Shown here: positions 1-11,721 of the stretch, piece after piece | Layout of the letters: every line of letters begins with the position of its first letter | Numbering within the stretch: position 1 is the first letter of the stretch | Made by a program: the position numbers and the translations under genes | Notes under the pieces: generated by a model | Told to the model about the DNA's origin: nothing | Seen by the model: only the letters and a program-made list of their open reading frames with translations | The model's database searches: none | NCBI RefSeq assembly: GCF_006345805.1 | Contig: NC_042998.1 | Span: forward strand, 166,098,001 to 166,162,000 | Reading direction: 5' to 3' | DNA length: 64,000 nt | Source of the DNA: Octopus sinensis | Lineage: Eukaryota

Positions 1-78
1 CTGGCTCAGAGAATGGCTCAAGAAGGACTGTTAATCCATTTTGCTGTATACACACACACACACACTCACACACACATA

Positions 79-500
79 AAGGCAGCAAGCTGGCAGAAAC
101 ATTAGCATGCTAGACAAAATGTTAAGAGGGACTTCCAGCCTTACGTTCAGATGCTGCCATAGTCAACCTTACTTTCCAGGGTTGATAAAATAAATACCAG
201 TTTAACACAGGGGTCAGTAAAGTTGACATGTTCTCTCCCTCAAAATTTCAGGCCTTGTGCATATAGGTAAAAGAATTATTATTATTAAGGGTTGAGAGCT
301 GGCAGAATCATTTACATACTGGACAAAATACTTAGCAGTATCTCTTCTGGCTTTACATTCCGAATTCAAATTTCACTGAAGTCAACTTTGAATTTCATCC
401 TTTTGGAGTCTACAAAATAAGTACCAGTAAAACACTGGGTCAATCTAATCAACTTGCTCCTTCTGCCAAAATTTCAGGCCTTGTGCCTATAATAGAAAGT
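79..500 (+). mobile_element. Two tandem tRNA-derived SINEs with a 'ctttcatcctt..gataaaataagtaccag' central domain and (ATT)n tail
   Basis: Heads gctggcagaa..ttagca, B-box-like gagttcaaattc, tail aatttcaggccttgtgcctat..attatt; more than 20 copies in the window. Confidence 0.85.
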
Positions 501-520
501 GTTTTATATATATATATATG

Positions 521-1110
521 GTTATATGGTGGTTGTCTACTCCTTATACAAAGTTTGACCACCTCCTGTACCTTCACCTTAGCACCATCATGGTGTCTGA
601 TGTAGCTTTTTAAACCATACAATGTTCTGAAAAGACACCCACATAGATTGCATATCTGATTTGGACCACCAAGACCTGCAGATAAGTTCTACTCTTTGTG
701 AATCTTAAAATGTCTTTTGAGGCCTCCATTGGATTTGCAAACCTTCTGACATACATTGCATTCAAAGGTGTACACAGACATATAGGCAGAATAGTTGGTG
801 GAAGTTCGTTTTCCATGTGTTCGCAGATGAGATTTGAGGCCAGCAAAAGACAGGCATGGTCTGTCACATATTGTGCTCACAAAAAGGTCATTGTCATTCA
901 CCTTCTTGATTGTTAAATTCTTCCTTAGATCTCTTTTGAGTCTTACTTGTGTTATCCTGGCCTCTTCAAATGCTTTCACTCCACTCCACACCTTTGTTCG
1001 CCATCCAACTCGATCCGAAGCAAGGGTTTCTATGCCTTCTGGAACCATTCCAAGTGACTTCATACATATACACACACAGTGGGGTACCCTTATATGGACA
1101 GTTCTCTAAA
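521..1110 (-). mobile_element. 5'-truncated RTE-clade LINE 3' end with three C2H2 zinc fingers
   Basis: ORF 689..1075: LASDRVGWR..GVKAFEE, ICDRPC..GLKSHLRTH, CNVCQKVC..GLKRHFKIH. A third finger CNLCGCLF..GLKSYIRHH lies in frame after the TAG (590-652). Ends at (TA)n. Confidence 0.85.
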
Positions 1111-1595
1111 CAAATAAATTGAGTACTGAACAGTCTTTCTGAAGAAAATTAAACTTGCATAACAAGCTGAATTTAGGTCAAGGAATGATGAGCAAAGCAC
1201 ATACTTATAAGTTGCTGGGAAAGCATATACAAATGATATGCTAAATGAACAAGTTATATAAAGCAAACAGATTTTTTGAAGTAAATCATATTTAGCTAAC
1301 CAGCTGCCTATATCATCCAATGTATCCATTGTGTTAGAATGGTAGGTTAGTTTTGAGGCCTGAAAATTCAAGTGAGAAGTACTAGTTGATTACACTGACT
1401 CTAGTGCTCAGCTGGTACTTATTTTATCAGCCTTGAAAGCATGAAAGGTAAAGTCAAGTGCAGCAGAATTTGAACTCAGAAACCTACCATATAAATATTC
1501 CTTTGTTGGCTTGTGTTATACAGGATATAATTTTCATGTAGCTTGATAAGAAAAACTCATTAAAACAAAACAAGAATGGTTAGGATATCGTGGCA

Positions 1596-1965
1596 CTCCA
1601 TTGGTTATGACGATGAGGGTTCCAGTTGATCCAATCAACAGAACAGCCTGCTTGTGAAATTAATGTGCAAGTGGCTGAGCACTCCACAGACATGTGTACC
1701 CTTAACATGGTTTTGGGGGAGATTCAGTGTGACACAGTGTGACAAGGCTAGCCCTTTGAAATACAGGTACAACAGAAACTGGAAGAAAGTGTAAGAGAAA
1801 GTTGTGGTGAAAGAGTACAGCATGGTCCCCCCCCCCCCCCGCTGGAGTCTAGTGGAGCTTTAGGTGTTTTCGCTCAAACACTCATAACGCCTGGTCTGGG
1901 AATCGAAACCACGATCCTATTACTGAGTCTGCTGCACTAACCACTGGGCCATTGTGCCTCCACAG
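1596..1965 (-). mobile_element. tRNA-derived SINE (head ggaggcacaatggcccagtggttag); related copies 11338-11655(-), 12694-12803(+ head), 60172-60430(-), 63870-64000(+)
   Basis: A/B-box-like head and shared 3' body cagccttgtcac..ctcagccacttgcac..gttccgttgat..accctcgtcgtcataacc. Confidence 0.8.
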
Positions 1966-2134
1966 GTTGGGATATATGCTACTGAAGTTTGCTACAAAAG
2001 TGGGATTTTATTTTTTATTCTTTTTCTGTGGCCATGAGGAATTTTAGTGGTACTAATCAACCCTGGTACTTATTCTATCGGTCTCTTTTGTCAACGTAAA
2101 CACACCAACACTGCTTGTCAATCTGTGGTAGAGG

Positions 2135-2400
2135 ACAAATGCAGACACATGGAGGCAGTGACAAGTAACTGAGACCATTGGCAATATATAGTGTTTGAGA
2201 AGACCTGTCAAACCAAGTGAGATCATGGCTGATGCCAGTGTTTCATAACTGGCACTCATACAGGTGACACGTAAAAAGCCCCCACTTCACACTCTTGGAG
2301 TGGTTGGTGTCAGGAAGAGCATCTAGCTGTAGAAACCATGGCAAATCAGATTGAAACATGGTGCTGCTCCACAGCTTACCAGTTTTCAGTCAAAGCATCC
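2135..2400 (+). mobile_element. RTE LINE 3' end fragment
   Basis: Encodes ..VFEKTCQTK* then the family 3'UTR (cactacactct..gagtggttgg..aggaag..atccagctgtagaaac). Confidence 0.7.
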
Positions 2401-2572
2401 ATGTTTTTTCAGTTTCCATCTACCAAATCCACTCACAAGACTTTGGTTGGCCTGGGGCTATAGTAGAAGACACTTGCCAAAGGTGCCTGGACCATGTGGT
2501 TGGGCTGCAAACTTTAGGGTTTCCCCTCCTATTCTGATTTATTCAATGATTTCATAATTTTGCTTCATATAG

Positions 2573-2677
2573 ATTTATACCATGCCTGAATACCTGAAGT
2601 TGCGTTTTGGTGGCCGAAGGATCCAACTTTGTATGGCTATTCTCTCTCTTATCGTCTATGTGTTTACAAAAATCTCA
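2573..2677 (+). CDS. SLC5 exon (equiv. exon 5): [35 protein letters not shown]
   Basis: tcatatag|ATT...TCA|gtaagt; 105 nt, phase 0/0. Confidence 0.97.
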
Positions 2678-5600
2678 GTAAGTATTTTTTTTCAATATCA
2701 TGTATTTGTTTTTGTATTTTATTATTTCATAAAGTGTCATAAATCTTATAATTGAACCTTAAAAGAAGTGTTATATTTCTATTTGTTGTTATTCATTTTC
2801 CTTGTTTTCTAGACATTGTTTTATATTGTCTTGTTATGGTAATATTTGATTTGACTGCATTCTTAGTATTTCATTGATTTATATTTCGACCACATAGCTA
2901 CAGGAAATTTATACTTAGTAAAATTTATTACTGAAGTGAAAATTCAGAACACCTCTGGAGTAGTTTTTCTTTCTTTCATTTTCTTAAATTATTTGTAATA
3001 TATTTTTTAAGTACTTAACACATCTATTTTTTTTTTTTTTTTGATCCAGTGAAGACACAAATAGAAGTATAGAAACATTGCGTAAAATGTTGCGGTGACA
3101 CATGTTATTAAAAAGGGGAAAGGATTTTGTAGAGGGATTATTTGATGAAAAGTTTTATAGGAAATGGGAATAATATTTGTTCATTAAGATCAGTTGATAC
3201 TATGAAATATATCAGAAATGATTATCCTAAGTGAATCAAATAGATGAGTTTATAAAAATTAGATATTTGAGTGTGATATATCTTTTTTGTATATGAATTT
3301 GAATTTTCAAAATGAAATAGTTGTTTACTTTTTAAATTTTTTACTAGCTGTATTGTTGATGATTATGTTGACATTGATTCACATGTATATCTTTCTATGT
3401 ATCTTATTCCTTCTCCAAAACTGAAGCACGGTAGTTAGCCATAATCTGATTTCCTGTATAACTAAGTAGTATTTTATGTTTTTCATTTACTTTCAATACT
3501 GATTTACATATATTGGGTTTGATTTTTAGTACAATGTCTTGCTTATTTTTTGAAACAGTAAATATGGGAATGAAGCTAAGAAAACAGTTGTGAACTATAG
3601 ATACTGAGCATAACCAAGGCCTTAACCTATTCCTACAGGAAAACAATGTCTATAACAACACTTTGTACTTATGGCTCAAAGGGTTTTGGTGCAATATTAC
3701 TTTGATGAAGGGAATAAGTGATTTTCTCATATAAGCATAAAATGTAAAATATTTAGGAGAAGGTAAGGCAGGTTGTTATTTTATGTGCCTATATAGAATA
3801 TTATATAGGTAATGTTCTTAGTAAGAATGGGTACCAAACTTTGAACTTGATTTACCAGGAACTTGCAGGAACACAAAGAAACAATTACTTTATGGGTATT
3901 TTCATCTTTTTGTGAATATAATGTTATTGGGTTAAAAACTTGGGTTGGCTATTTTCTATTGTATTATACTGGTAAAGTTGCAAATATCCTGGGAAATATG
4001 TGTACAGATTTGGATCATAAGGTACTTATTTATTTACATGTTTGTTTATCTATTTTATTTTATATTTTAAACATGGATGCCTGCAAGAGAGTGAGTAAAA
4101 TTCTGAGAGGCCTTTAAAAAATTCTTGTGAGTGTTCTTTTTTAAGACAGAATTAAAACAAATGTAGCAAGATTTTTATTGTATTCTTGTGTATTCTTTTT
4201 GCATGATGTGTGGAGAGGAACTGACCCAACCACATCTAATTGAGTGGTAAACACTCACTAACTATTAGATATGGTTAGATCAATATCTTTCTCCATGTAC
4301 ACATTTAAAGGTGTACACATTTAAAGTCTAAACTGTTTATCAGTTTTGGTATGTCTTTTTATAAGGTAGATTTCTTAGAGTGGGAACAAGTGTCATTTAT
4401 GACTTTAATTTAAATTTCATTCAATCATAATCATAGGCTAGAAAGATTCCAAGGATAGCAATGTTTATCAGTCCAATATCGAAGTGGTATTTTTTAGCTG
4501 TTTCCAAATATATGCATATAAACTCTTAGATATATATTAAACATTCTTTCTTCATCATCATCATTGTAATTTAACGTCCGCTTTCCATGCTGGCATGGGT
4601 TGGATGGTTTAACTGAGGACTGGCAAGCCAGAAGGCTGCACCAGGCTCCAATCTGATCTGGCAAGATTTCTACGGCTGGATGCCCTTCCTAACACCAACC
4701 ACTCCGAGAGTGTAGTGGGTGCTTTTTACGTGCCACTAGCATGGGAGCCAGTCAGGTGGCACTGGTAATGTCCACGCTTAAATAGTGCTTTTTATATATG
4801 CCACCAGCATGGGAGCCAGTCAGGTGGCACTGGCAACAACCATGCTTGAATAGTGTTTTTTACATGCCACCAGCACAGGTGCCAGTCAGGCAGTACTGGC
4901 ATCGGCCACAACAATGACTTCACTTGAATCAACAGGTCTTCACAAGCACAGTTTCTTGCCCAGTGAGTGAAGGGTACTCTTAAATGGGCCAGTTATGCTG
5001 CACTGGCATAGGCCACAGTTACAATCTCACTTGGCTTGCCAGGTCTTCTCAAGCACAGCATATCTCCAAAGGTCTTGCAAGAGTGGCTGTGAAGTAAGTA
5101 GCTTGCTTACCAGCCACATGGTTCCAGGTTTAGTCCCACTGTGTGGCACCTTGGGCAAGTGTCTTCCACTACCCAAAGTGCCACACAGTGGGACTGAACC
5201 TGGAACCATGTGGTTGGTAATGTTTTTAAATAGAAAATGTCTATGCTAACATGGAAAGCAGATGTAGGATGATGATAATGATGATAGATATATAGGAATA
5301 TTTAAAAAAAAACAACTTTTTTTTAAAGTGTCAAATACAATTTAACTGAAGATTTCTTTAAGTTTATTATCTCCTTTACTTTTTCTGTGGGGAAAGTGGG
5401 AGGTTTAAATATTTCCTTAATGTGGGTGGGGTATATGATCATTATTATTATTTTTCTTATGCAGCTAATATCTTCATAACATCAGTTTAATTGTATCATC
5501 AATAGTAATCTCAGTTGTTCATAGCAATACTCTAGAACAGGGATTGGAAAACTACAGTTTAAGGGTCAAATCCACCTTGTAAGCCAAATCTTGCAGCCCC

Positions 5601-5901
5601 ATCATGATTTTGCTGGAATATGTGATGTTTCATGCAAAAATTCTTTGAGTCTATAGTTAATGAACAGTAAAGCTGAGGCACCCAAAATATGGAGTGGAAA
5701 TCTCAAACGACTCAAAATTTACTGTCCCCTGCTCTAGAACTTAAAATACAATAGATTTGTTTGAAATACTTGTTATTCAGTGATTCCTTAACTAAAACTC
5801 TTGGATGAATGTCTTTATTAATTGTTTTTCAACTACTACTATTACTACTAACATTACCTACACCACTGCTACCAAAGCAGCAGCAGTAGCTGCTGCTGCT
5901 G

Positions 5902-5937
<36 letters not shown>

Positions 5938-8900
5938 ATAATAATAATAATAATAATATGCAATAAGGGTGGAGTACTTGCAGAAAATGGCACTGCTTGG
6001 AACTGCTCAAATACTCCGGAAGGTGCTTGAAAAATAAGAGGTGTTACCTTAGTTCACTGGTAGTGAACAGCTGATACTGTAATACATCTCCAGCATTAGA
6101 AGCTGTGCAAAGAGAATAATGATGATAATCAAAATGAACTTCTAGATTTGTAGATTCATGTTTATTGTATATACAGGATAGCATTTTCTTTTAAAAATTG
6201 AAACTTACTGAAACAAATATCAGTAATAATTTAAAGGAATATTGGCCTGAAATAAACAACCAAACTATCAATTTAACCAATGACATCATAGATAACTAGA
6301 TTATTAACAAATCATGTGAATTTTTTTTTTTTTTTTCAGTTTTATATATCAAAAAATTATTTTTTGGAAATTAAGTACCAATTCCTGATTCTTGTTTTGG
6401 CATACAAAATGTTTTCAGTCTACAATAAATAAATATGTATCTTAATAAATATCGTAGTCCAGTATTTCATAAAGATTAAGTTACAATGAATTTTAAATTT
6501 GAACTTTTCCACTTAATAAATGGTTCTGTAAGTTAAGAAGAGTTACATGTAAATAGATATGTGTTTTCTAATTATTGATGTTGTTTGAACCCAGGTCAGT
6601 CCTGATTGAAGAACCCTATGATCAAAGGCATTCAAGTAAATACTATCCTGCTTTTTATCCCCCAGATATACTGTATCTTGATCTACATTACTTAACCCTT
6701 TAGCATTTAATCTGACCAAAATATTCTACTTGCTTTATGTTCAAACTGGTTAGATCTGGTGTCTCACACCTACCCTAAACATAAACAATCACATCATCAA
6801 AATCTCATGGTTACAAGATAATGCAGGATAAATTCAAGACAATGTGAATAAATAAGCATTATATTTGACAGAGTAATTTGAAAGCTAAAAGGTTAATGTG
6901 TCCTTTTATTAGTGTATTAAATTACAATTGGAGCGATATTTAGCCGTTATTTTGAATGCAAATTGTAGCAGCTTCTTCATTGGCTTGTATAAGTTTTGTG
7001 ACAATGAACAGAAACATAAATGAAAATTGAAAAGGAGGAACTAAGATAATAAATTTAAAATATATTTGTGCATTTACATTTATGCTTCTGTGTATCAGTG
7101 GAGAAATTATAAGCATTACTAAGTATTAGCATTTAAAATAGGAAATATTTGTGAATTCAAACTAATAATGTCATCAATTCATCATCAGCATTTACCATCC
7201 ACTTTTCTGTGCTTGCGTGGCTTAGACTAAAATCTATTGATGCAGATTTTTCTGTGGCCTATTGTCAACCCTCATCTATTTCCAAGCAAGGTAATATTTC
7301 CCTATAGCCAGGTTTTTTCTTTTTATTCAAGGAAGATTAGAAATGAACAACATTGCTTGTATTGATGTTAGTACTCATTTACAACTATCATACAATATCA
7401 AGATGAAGAGACACAAGTATGTGTGTGTTTATATGTACGCACACAATAGGCTTTAAGTTTCTGTCTACCAAATCCACTCACAAGGCTTTGCTCAGCCTGG
7501 GGCAAAATTAGAAGACATTTGCCCAATGTTCTTTATAGTGGTTTAGAACCCAGATCTACATGGTTGGAAAGTGAACTTTTTAACCACACAGTTGTATAAT
7601 TTTTATTTATTTGGGATTTATATTCATACATGTTGTAGGTGACAGAATTCCAACACAGATTAGTGTCATGGTTCTCATGAATTTATAATTTACTGCATTT
7701 TCAGTGGTTTTCTCTGAGAAAGAAGTTTTGCACAGTTGATAGAAGCTTCTCGAGAACCAATAGATCAATAAATCTTTTTAAACGTTACACATGGTAACTA
7801 CCACAGGTCCATCTTTGCTCTTTGTATCTTGTATCAAAAATACATAGTCAATTGCCTAAAATGGTATTGAATTTTTTTATGTTTGAGTATTAGCTGTAAA
7901 TAAGTTTAATTTCAATAAATTCTACTGCATATTTTTTTGGCCATGTCCTCAGATTCCTCACTGCCAGTTGTTTGTACAAGTTATACTTTACTTGGGATTG
8001 TTGGTTCAATCCAATCATAAGCAAACTGTGGCTTGCCTAGTGAAAAATTACCTTAACTTTTTTGAGTACTGCAGCCCACCTAAATGAGCTATGACTCGTG
8101 CAACCCACTTCTTGAAAGTGGTTCCCTGTCTCTAGCTTAACCTTTTCATTTGTTGTCTAGATTGTAGTTATTGTACATTAATTCATTTTGCTCAAAATGT
8201 GCTAATAATGGGCATGTTAATATGCTGTATAAGATTATTTCCACATTATGAGCATTGGTAATAGCTAAAATCTAAATAGTGGTTCACATTGGAAAACTAG
8301 AGCGTTGGTAAGGTCATGTTGATCTCCAGGTATTGTTGAAATATGTTGTCACTTGTGAGATTATAATATATTTATTCTATAGAAAATAGGCCTTTATTAC
8401 CTCTGCCTTAGTGAAAGTGGAGGTATTGTTTTCAGCCATGTTTGTTTGTTTGTTTGTCCATGGACAAGATATCTCAAAAACCGCAGGATGGATTCAGATG
8501 AAACTTTCAGAAATGTTTGACCTTGTGACTGGCATGAACTTATTAAATTTTGGGATAGATCTGATACCAGACAAGGATTCTGGGTTATTTTTTTCTGTTT
8601 TTTTTTACTTAATTTTTGAGAACGGTTGGGCTCATTTTTAGTATTCTCGTTTGTGAGAGCAGTTGAGTTTATTTCAGATATTCTCATTTTCAAAATCGTC
8701 TATGACTAATTGTTGAGAGGATGTTGGTGTTGCCTTGGCAGGGGTTTGTGCGCTCTCAGTGCTCTTGTTTCTTTTGTTTTCAGTTTCTCTTTGATATTTG
8801 TTAATCATTTTCATCTTTAAAATTAATTTCTAAGTTATAATATTTATCAAATTAATTTCTAAGTTATAATATTCATCAAATAATTGCACAAATACATATT

Positions 8901-11685
8901 AATAGAAAATAAACATAACTGGTGTTTTTTTAATTGTTGCATACTATAAAGCTTTTGGTATTTGAGGTAGTATAGTGAATGACAAATGATATTTTTTAGA
9001 GTAGTACAGATATTATATGTATTCAACAGCCTATAATATTGATTCTAAGTAAAAGAGACACTTACTCTAGACAAGTACAATATAAATTTTTATCCTTATC
9101 TCACTTCCTACTCTGGAAGACTACTTTTATACACATACTCAAATTTATTAATATAAATGAATGAAAATATATTTAGCTGTATTTCGGGATGGTCTTTTTC
9201 TTTTTTTCTTGCCAAATAAACACAAGCACTATATATCCATTCTTCATTTGTCTATTAGCATTCTTATTTTAACTCACGTCCATTATCAGAAGTCATTTGT
9301 CACACATTTGTGACCTCTTCAGTGACACTTTCATGTGTGCTCCTGCTCTGCTTAGTCCATTTGCTGAAGAGGTCACAGATGTGTGATGAAAGTTTTCCAG
9401 AAAATGGACATAAGTTAAAATAAGAACAGTAATAAGCAAGTGAATAACAAATATATATTGCATGTACTTATTTGGCAAAAAACAAAAAAAATGACCATCC
9501 TGAAAAGCAACAATATCTGTTTCAACAGATGGTTTCACATCAGGAACCTTGCAACACAAATTCATAAATGTATTTAGTTGATATTTTCTCTAAAATAAGG
9601 CCTCTCAGTAACAATTGTTCACTCTTGAATATTTAAAAGATTAATGTTATATTTTAAGAAAATTCAAGTATTTTAAACAGAAGGAAAAATGAAATCCTGT
9701 ATACAATACAGTGTGTTATTTTTCTCATTCCAAATTTGTTTTATATTAATGATCAAGAATTTCACATATATCATACTTTTCAAAAGAACAAAATAATTTG
9801 ATTAAAAAATTTGAAAATTCAAGTTAACTAATAAATTTTTTGGCTTTCTTTATCTGAAAAACTGAAAACAAAATTGATAGATTCTATAATTTATTTTTCT
9901 AAATTTGTTTCTCAATGAAAAATGAATTAAGAATTTCTACTTTTTCCTAATAATTACATTTCTCCCTTAAAGTTCTGCAATACAAGGTAGGACGGATTTG
10001 ACTAACACAGCTTGTAACATTCCAGATTTTGGTATTTCGACTTTGGATGTAGTTCCATTGATGGTTCAACCAACAGAAGATCTTCACATAACAAGACAAC
10101 AACAAGAAAATAATATATCTTCCATGCTGTCTTATTCAGCTTGATAACTGAGATGGGTGAATGTTTTGTCTACTATTCCTTGAAGTATTTCGTTAAATGA
10201 AAATATTTAAGAAAATAGATTTTTTTAAAGCACTGGAAGCAGTCATATGATTCATTTTACATTAAGGACAACTGAAAAGTAGGGAGCAGAAAATTGTCTA
10301 CACAAAAATCATAACAGATAATATGGGTGTGGTGTGTGTGTGCATGCAAGGGAGAGAGAAACTGAAAAAAGAGAATGTATGTGTGTGTGTGTGCATGCAT
10401 GCAAATATGAGTGTGTGTGAGCATGTGGTCATAGCTTGATACGCCATCACCTACATGGTTGGCATGGATGTAGGGAAGTCACAGAGCAGCAGTGAATAAT
10501 GAACAGAAGAGAGCAACAAGAAATGCTTCATCATAGCCATTGAAGACAAAATGAAAGAAGACACAAGCTGAGAGCAATGAAAAAATGTTGAAGCCAGTAC
10601 TAACCAAAATTGTTACTGAGTTGTTGGAATTCATACAACTGCATCTCCTCTAATATGGATGGCACATTGATGACGGTGGAGAACAAGTGTGGTATAATAT
10701 GAGACTAGCAAGCGTGCACATCCACTGGCAGTTTACATGTTGTCTTGGATATGTAGTCACATTGATATACTGGAAACGTGCTGAGATCAATGTGCTCTCC
10801 AGTGGGATATATAAATACACTACAGCACAAGCAATCTGCTGAAAAGTTCTTGGCTTCTAGGGTATCAGGAAAAGCATGGTTGGAGGCCCAACCTTTCAAA
10901 TTCTTTTACAGGGCTTAGGAAAATGAAGACTGCAGCTATGTGTGAATCTGAAAGGAGAATATGCTAAATGATCCTCCAGTATTTTTTTTAACCCAAACTC
11001 AGGGAATATATATGTGTGTGTGTATGTATATATATGCGTGTGTATGTATGTGTGTATATATATATATATATATAAGTGTGCTTGTATATGTGTATGTATA
11101 TATGTGTGTGTTTATATGTGTGTATATGTGTGTGTGTGTGTGTCTATATATATTTGTGTGTGTGTATATGTATAATCTCTGTGTAGATATATGTGTGTGT
11201 GTGTGTGTATGTATGTATATATATATATATCTAAATGTATGTATATATATGTGTGTTTATCTGTATATGTGTCTAGATATATATGTAAGTATATTTATAT
11301 ATATATATATATATATGTATGTCCATATATAAAGAAGACTCTGCCGGTTATGACGACGAGGGTCCCAGCTGATACAATCAACGGAACAGCTTGCTCGTGA
11401 AATTAACGTGCAAATGGCTGAGCATTCCACAGACACGTGTACCCTTAACGTAGTTCTCGGGGATAATCAGCGTGACACAGAGAGTGACAAGGCTGACCCT
11501 TTGAAATACAAGTACAACTCATTTTTGCCAGCTGAGTGGACTGGAGCAATGTGAAATAAAGTGTCTTGCTCAAGAACACAACGCGTCGCCGGGAATCGAA
11601 CTCACAACCTTACGATCATGAGCCAAATGCCCTAACCACTAAGCCACGCGCCCTCACTTGTCCATATATATGTGTGTGTATGTAC

Positions 11686-11721
<36 letters not shown>

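Noticed and set aside
7705-8150. Exon-like segments (+7705-7793; minus-strand [14 protein letters not shown] near 7990-8040)
   Set aside because: Weak or inconsistent splice sites, no coherent nested gene and no recognisable family.
9973-10144. Terminal-exon-like ORF after a good acceptor (SAIQGRTDL...LSYSA*)
   Set aside because: It needs a phase-2 junction, but the upstream SLC5 exon ends in phase 0 (direct splicing hits a stop after 5 codons); no partner exons or homology were recognised.
11590-11655. tRNA-like sequences here and at 12694, 34025 and 63870
   Set aside because: They are SINE heads continuous with SINE bodies and lack a complete cloverleaf.
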